DNA from: a virus
Lineage: Duplodnaviria > Caudoviricetes
Direction: 5' to 3' (one strand)
DNA length: 64,000 nucleotides
Virus record (IMG/VR): IMGVR_UViG_3300032038_000018
Location: 1-64,000 of that record
Shown here piece after piece: positions 58,658-64,000 of this stretch (the stretch's first letter is position 1; each line of letters begins with the position of its first letter). The translations under genes and the position numbers were made by a program. Under the pieces are notes generated by a model. The model worked only from the letters and a program-made list of their open reading frames with translations. It did no database searches and was not told the DNA's origin.

Positions 58658-59332
58658 ATGGGAGCAACCAAGCGTAACTTTATTCCTGTAAATCAACAGG
58701 AACGTGATCTTATCTTAAAGATCCAAAAATCAGTGTGTGATTCTGAATTTATGGATAAATTCAGAATTAACTTAATTCCCGAGACCTTTGATATTTACAC
58801 AACGGTCATTGCATTTATGGATGGCATTCATAAAGTATTCGGCAATGCGGATGTTGACATCGTTAATATATGTGATCTCTTCATTATAGAGAAAACATAT
58901 AGAGATGTACAGAAGGCTGAGAAGTCTGGCAATATCAACTGCAACATGTATCTTGGTGATGTTGGTAACGATATCGTTGCTAATGGTATCTCTGGATATA
59001 GAGATACACTACCGGATGATGAAGAAATGCTGACTCAAATGCGTGCTGCAGCTGCACATGCAATTATGTATTTACAAGATTATGCAATCGGTGGACTCAA
59101 ACCCGATGATGTAATACATATTGCAGTATCATTCTTTGTATATCTGATACTTACTGTAGATGAATATTCTAAGAATGAAAATGTTAAGCCTGAAGAGTTT
59201 GGTATTGAGATTGGTTCGCATCTGGCATATTTCAAGATCAGATTTGTTAGAAAGAATAATGCACCAATCGTAGTAATTAATGTAGGTCCCGCATTAAAGC
59301 TGACTGTAAAATCGGATGCGATAACCGAATAA
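58658..59332 (+). CDS. Hypothetical protein upstream of the RNAP genes
   Basis: AAGGAGG RBS; 224 aa. Confidence 0.7.
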   Translation: MGATKRNFIPVNQQERDLILKIQKSVCDSEFMDKFRINLIPETFDIYTTVIAFMDGIHKVFGNADVDIVNICDLFIIEKTYRDVQKAEKSGNINCNMYLGDVGNDIVANGISGYRDTLPDDEEMLTQMRAAAAHAIMYLQDYAIGGLKPDDVIHIAVSFFVYLILTVDEYSKNENVKPEEFGIEIGSHLAYFKIRFVRKNNAPIVVINVGPALKLTVKSDAITE

Positions 59333-59412
59333 TAATTAATATCGCACAGAAAAATATGGATAAGACAGTGAAAATATCTGCCTTATCCATAAATTTTTTG
59401 GGAGGGAATTAA

Positions 59413-61164
59413 ATGAAGGACATAATTCACACCATTGAGAATCCTTATGAAAAGGATTTCAATATGGAATTTTTGACATCATCTAATGATTATCCGTTGG
59501 AAGATCTCGTTATCATGGTAATGAAAGATACTGAGATAATTAAGAATATCACGGTAGAGTCATACGAGATTGACAATAATTATGACGAGATCGATTACCG
59601 TTGGCATGACGTTAACATTAACTTCAAAAGGAAAGATCCTTATAACATAAACATACCCAACCATAAGTACATGATAGAGTCTTATTACTCTAAGATAACA
59701 TTTACCATTAGAATTGAGACTAACATCAATTCCAGAGTGATAAAGAAGTCTATCATAGTTCCCAAGCTTACTGATGATGGATATTTCATAATCAGTAATA
59801 AGAAAGCCAAAGCTATATGGCAGCTTGTTGAAGCATCAGTATATGTACAGAGAGGTAAAATTACTCTCAAGAGTAGAATGCCTATTATAATGTACAAGAC
59901 TGTTACTAAAGAGATGACAGATACTGAAGGAAATACATATTCATTCAAGCCGTATTCATATGCTATGGATGCGTTTGCTAAGAAAAAGTCACCGACTGCA
60001 TCAAGCAGAAGAGTGAATAATAAATTCATAAATCCTTTTGTAATATTTGCATCTAAGATGGGATTGAATCAGGCAATAAAGTTCATGTGTGTAGATGAAC
60101 TTATATCTATCGTAAAGGTAGATGTACTCGAAGAACATGACTGTTACTCGTTTATACCATTTAACGATTTATATATAAGATGTCCCAAGGTAGCTCTTGA
60201 GAATGATCTCATCTGTAGTCTGGTAGGAATGCTATTCTTACTTCAGACTAATGAATTCCCTGTTTCGTATGAAGACCTCGACAATAGGGATTACTGGATA
60301 GCACGTATAGGTGTAGTTGGTTCTAAACATGATAAGCCTCTGAATGAATTCAGAAATAAAGGCTATACTACACTTATGATGATAGAAAGACTTCTTGATA
60401 ATATGACTATCAGAAATCTTAGACTTCCCGATGGATATAAAGGCAATATCTACGAGATACTCAGATGGATGATAGCAGACTTTGACGAACTTAAGATAAA
60501 AGACAATATAGACATCAATAACAAGCGTATACGTAAGAACGAATACATTGTTAAGTCAACTCTTGGCAGAAAACTCAATGAGAATATCAATAGAGTTATC
60601 ACGCATAGGAGTGACTCAAGGCAGAATACTATAGACGCACTTCTGGAAATATTTAATTTCCCTGATAATATTATTCTCAACGGAATGAGGATAATCAATG
60701 ACCTTATTAAGTCAGAAGACATCACAAATGATTTCACAATCATAGAAGACCTCGCGTATTCATCTAAAGGACCTGAGTCTCTTGGAGATGGAACTACTAA
60801 GAATGTAATGGTTAAACTTCGTGATGTTCATCCATCCTTTATGGGTAAGATAGACTGCGAAGTTATATCTCAATCAGATATAGGTATGACTGGTTCATTT
60901 GTACCATATCTGAAACTTTACGATGGATTCTTCTTTGACCCCAATAGAGAACCTGATGGCAGACTGTATGAAACAGTTGTAGAATTCAAAGATCTCTATG
61001 ATAGAACTAAAGGAGAAACCATTATCAATATGGCAACGGGTGAAGTATTAGAACTTCCATATACTGATCTCTCTGATAAAGATGCATTTAATGAATCTAT
61101 TAAAACCAGAGATGAAAAGTTTGGAATTACGTATGAGCCCATTGAGATAGTTGAATACACTTAA
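59413..61164 (+). CDS. Multisubunit RNA polymerase beta subunit, N-terminal part
   Basis: VPKLTDDGYFII...WQL, KRIR, KGPESLG, RDVHPSFMGKID (RpoB RDVH..HYGR.C equivalent). Confidence 0.85.
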   Translation: MKDIIHTIENPYEKDFNMEFLTSSNDYPLEDLVIMVMKDTEIIKNITVESYEIDNNYDEIDYRWHDVNINFKRKDPYNINIPNHKYMIESYYSKITFTIRIETNINSRVIKKSIIVPKLTDDGYFIISNKKAKAIWQLVEASVYVQRGKITLKSRMPIIMYKTVTKEMTDTEGNTYSFKPYSYAMDAFAKKKSPTASSRRVNNKFINPFVIFASKMGLNQAIKFMCVDELISIVKVDVLEEHDCYSFIPFNDLYIRCPKVALENDLICSLVGMLFLLQTNEFPVSYEDLDNRDYWIARIGVVGSKHDKPLNEFRNKGYTTLMMIERLLDNMTIRNLRLPDGYKGNIYEILRWMIADFDELKIKDNIDINNKRIRKNEYIVKSTLGRKLNENINRVITHRSDSRQNTIDALLEIFNFPDNIILNGMRIINDLIKSEDITNDFTIIEDLAYSSKGPESLGDGTTKNVMVKLRDVHPSFMGKIDCEVISQSDIGMTGSFVPYLKLYDGFFFDPNREPDGRLYETVVEFKDLYDRTKGETIINMATGEVLELPYTDLSDKDAFNESIKTRDEKFGITYEPIEIVEYT

Positions 61165-61188
61165 TCGTGTATAGCGGAGGTACCGATA

Positions 61189-63333
61189 ATGTCACTATTA
61201 AACAATGCGAGAGAAATCTCGGAAACGAAAATTGATAAACACGTTAGACGACCAATAGTAACAAACATTTTGGACAATGACAGCGTTAATGATATCAACT
61301 ACACGACAATTCGTGTTGATATGAATACCATTGATAGTTTCTTTGCACAGTCTAAGAAATTTGACTTAGATGAGATCCTCAAGAATCTCAAATCATGGAA
61401 AGACTTCTATCAGTGCTGTGTGTATTATATGATGTATGGTGTTTCTGATGAAGTTATGAGATATAGAACCGTCATCATATATAGGAGCACTGATCCTAAC
61501 TTTAAACCAATGTGCATATCTGTTATAAAGCTTGCTTGTAACATGGTATTATTCTATGCATTGGTTAAGCTTGACTGTACTGATATCATATCAAATGATA
61601 TGATAGTAATTAAGCCATATGCTTTAACAGCTAATTATATCCAGAGCTTTATTAACAAGTACATCATATATGCTGATGGTGTTAATAAGTATGACAAATG
61701 TAAGATTATAGATGACATATGCTTCCATTATGTATCACTTGCAAAGGCATTCGGCGATATCATAGGCATAGGTCTTTCTATAAGAACATTCTATGATGTA
61801 ATGAAACGCTCCGATGATCTTCGTGATGCGTTTAATGCGCAAATCGATCCTACAAAACAGCCTAAGGAAATAGAGGAAGCTATAACTGCTCAGGTAAAGA
61901 AAATAGCTGGTGCATTATCTGAGTCTAATAATGAAATCCAGACACTATTTAGGTCAGGTAGCATTATTACTCCCGGACAGGTTGGCGAAGTTTCTGTAGC
62001 AGTTGGATTTAAATCTGACCTTGATAATAATACTATTCCTATAGCATGTATGAATAATATTATGATAACAGGTCTGACCAATCCTTCCGATAAATATATA
62101 GACTCAGTTGGTGGTAGAAAAGCTGCTATCAACTCAAAGCTTGGCATATCCAAACCCGGCGCCATTTCTAAGATGATGAATGCCAATGCTGGAGACTTTA
62201 CTTTAAGACACAATATGGAAATGTGTAACACGGACACATTTATCAATTTTGAAGTAAAGAATGATGCATATCTCAGAGGTATCGAAGGACATTGGTATTA
62301 CGATGATAATAATGAGCTTCAGTATGTAAGACCAACAGATGTTCATCTTATAGGTAAAACTATAAAGAAAAGATCTGCTATAACATGTATGTGTGGTGAT
62401 ACTGAAACTTGCAGATATTGTTATCCCAAGATACTGACAGAATGTAATGAAATGTATGCATCTATCGGTTCTATTGCAGCACTTGTAATGGGTGAACCTT
62501 TAGGACAGATGATGCTTTCAACTAAACACTTCAATGGCACGAATTCATCATATATTAAATTCTCTGATGATTTCTATAATGACTTTGAGATGAATCTCTC
62601 AGATGTACACTTAAAAGAAATTGATTCAGATATGATGTACATAGCAATCCCTGAAATCATTAAAGGCGATCCTGAAGATGATTTAGCTGAATACAGATGC
62701 ACGTATTTTAATGTGCTTGATAAGCATAGCAATTTACTGTATACTGTAGAAGAAGAATCGGGTGCTAATATATACATAGTAGGTATCATGGAATCTATCC
62801 TTAAGACATATAAGCCCAAGGATAGAACTTCTATGCTAGTCAATATCTACAATGATGGCATAATGGAATCAGATGAACCATTATTCATGATAGAGGTTGC
62901 ATCTGCTCAAGCTAACGATGCAGCTAATAAAGTTAGCAAACTTCTTAAGACTAAAGATAAATGTGGATGTCAAACATATGAGGATCTCTTATATGCTCTC
63001 ATTGATACTTATCTTGGTTCCGGTCTTGAGATGAACTTTGCTCACTTTGAAGTAATGATAAGAACTCTTCTTAGAAAAGCTTCTAATGAATATGATTATC
63101 CTGACTTCACTGCTAATGGAAATAAAGATGACTATGTAATACTGTCTCTTAGTGATTCACTGTATAAATCTCCATCTCCTACAATTTCTCTTAGATCTTC
63201 CAATCTTAAGAAACAATTTATAGATGCTGGTTTGTATAGTAGTGATAAGATGAAACCGTCTCATCTGGATGTATTCTTTGCAGAGAATCCATATGATGTA
63301 TTACCGGCAATAATGCTGTCGGATGAAGACTAA
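61189..63333 (+). CDS. Multisubunit RNA polymerase beta' subunit, C-terminal part
   Basis: Bridge helix GGRKAAINSK...PG, RSAITC...CRYCY Zn site, trigger loop IGSIAA..GEPLGQMMLSTKH, HFEVMIR. Confidence 0.88.
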   Translation: MSLLNNAREISETKIDKHVRRPIVTNILDNDSVNDINYTTIRVDMNTIDSFFAQSKKFDLDEILKNLKSWKDFYQCCVYYMMYGVSDEVMRYRTVIIYRSTDPNFKPMCISVIKLACNMVLFYALVKLDCTDIISNDMIVIKPYALTANYIQSFINKYIIYADGVNKYDKCKIIDDICFHYVSLAKAFGDIIGIGLSIRTFYDVMKRSDDLRDAFNAQIDPTKQPKEIEEAITAQVKKIAGALSESNNEIQTLFRSGSIITPGQVGEVSVAVGFKSDLDNNTIPIACMNNIMITGLTNPSDKYIDSVGGRKAAINSKLGISKPGAISKMMNANAGDFTLRHNMEMCNTDTFINFEVKNDAYLRGIEGHWYYDDNNELQYVRPTDVHLIGKTIKKRSAITCMCGDTETCRYCYPKILTECNEMYASIGSIAALVMGEPLGQMMLSTKHFNGTNSSYIKFSDDFYNDFEMNLSDVHLKEIDSDMMYIAIPEIIKGDPEDDLAEYRCTYFNVLDKHSNLLYTVEEESGANIYIVGIMESILKTYKPKDRTSMLVNIYNDGIMESDEPLFMIEVASAQANDAANKVSKLLKTKDKCGCQTYEDLLYALIDTYLGSGLEMNFAHFEVMIRTLLRKASNEYDYPDFTANGNKDDYVILSLSDSLYKSPSPTISLRSSNLKKQFIDAGLYSSDKMKPSHLDVFFAENPYDVLPAIMLSDED

Positions 63334-63434
63334 TCAAATACGCATGCAGGTAAATCTGCATGCGTATTATTTTAAACATCATCGAGTACATTTATATATA
63401 TTATAGTCGAAATAATATAAAGGAGGACATTACC

Positions 63435-63626
63435 ATGCCCGTAACAGCTATATCCCATGAGTTCTATGTCATTAATGAGGATGACGTTAAGAAGATGATA
63501 CGTGTTGTATTCCCCCAGATGAAAAAGAATGAACAGATCTGGGCAACATGCAACATTTCTAGTCATAAGTATCATCTGGATAAACCTTTGGACTCCAGAA
63601 GGAGGAGAGTATTCAATGCCGAATAG
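63435..63626 (+). CDS. Small hypothetical protein
   Basis: AAGGAGG RBS before ATG at 63435. Confidence 0.5.
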   Translation: MPVTAISHEFYVINEDDVKKMIRVVFPQMKKNEQIWATCNISSHKYHLDKPLDSRRRRVFNAE

Positions 63627-64000
63627 AGTTATCCGTAAAACGATAACCGGAATGGTACTTGAAAACTATCAAGCTGGAGATTTACTCCAGCTTGAGAGAC
63701 AAACTTCGGTTTATGATAAATTATATCATAAACATGTACCAACATCTGGTTTTATACTAGACAATGAATTTGCGACATATAAGTTTGACGAGAATTATCT
63801 AAGATCTATAACATATAATTCGCCATATAAAGATTTTGTAATCGAGAATATACCTCTTGAATTAGGTGAACCAACTTTACCTTATAAGAGTAATATCAGA
63901 TTACAAAAAAATCAACGCGTGATATTTGATAAGATGCTTTCATCTACTAAAAATCAAATATTCTTAAACATTCCTACCGCAACAGGAAAGACAGTATTAG
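63616..64000 (+). CDS. Partial SF2 (DEAD/UvsW-like) helicase
   Basis: Hand-translated open frame to the window end; Q-motif-like LQKNQ and IPTATGKTV Walker A; follows beta/beta' genes as in phiKZ-like phages. Confidence 0.7.
   Translation, partial: MPNRVIRKTITGMVLENYQAGDLLQLERQTSVYDKLYHKHVPTSGFILDNEFATYKFDENYLRSITYNSPYKDFVIENIPLELGEPTLPYKSNIRLQKNQRVIFDKMLSSTKNQIFLNIPTATGKTVL

Noticed and set aside
1-64000. CRISPR array, rRNA, integrase/transposase, reverse transcriptase
   Set aside because: No regularly spaced repeat-spacer array, rRNA-like tract or recognisable catalytic motifs found by eye
1-64000. Stop-codon reassignment (seen in some gut jumbo phages)
   Set aside because: Core genes are full length in the standard code, TAA, TAG and TGA all end genes, and no suppressor tRNA is seen

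Overview
AT-rich, gene-dense segment of a jumbo phage related to phiKZ/AR9/PBS1. Strong AGGAGG/GAGGTGA ribosome-binding sites and the endolysin type suggest a Bacillota (Clostridia-like) host; this is an inference. Core genes: four split multisubunit RNA polymerase beta/beta' pieces, tubulin (PhuZ/TubZ-like), GyrB/GyrA, RecA/UvsX, NAD-dependent ligase, Dda-like and SF2 helicases, a MazG-like enzyme and an amidase-glucosaminidase endolysin. Main candidate system: a large CXXX-repeat radical SAM modification locus inside the tail-gene module (8.3-16.9 kb). It has six Cys-periodic proteins (about 270 Cys counted), two of them fused to large, apparently structural N-terminal domains, an accessory protein and a SPASM radical SAM whose CxxxCxxC motif is split by a mini-intein. 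Two more candidate substrates lie at 20.3 kb and 32.2 kb. Other notable items: a diversity-generating retroelement (DGR) VR/TR/hairpin cassette with no reverse transcriptase in the window; a tRNA-Leu(UAA) interrupted by a group I intron carrying an HNH endonuclease; two unannotated highly structured intergenic RNA candidates (about 300 and 580 nt); a virion-type polyprotein with A-x-E linkers; and modular promoter-gene-terminator cassettes. All calls are by eye from motifs; no database searches were run.
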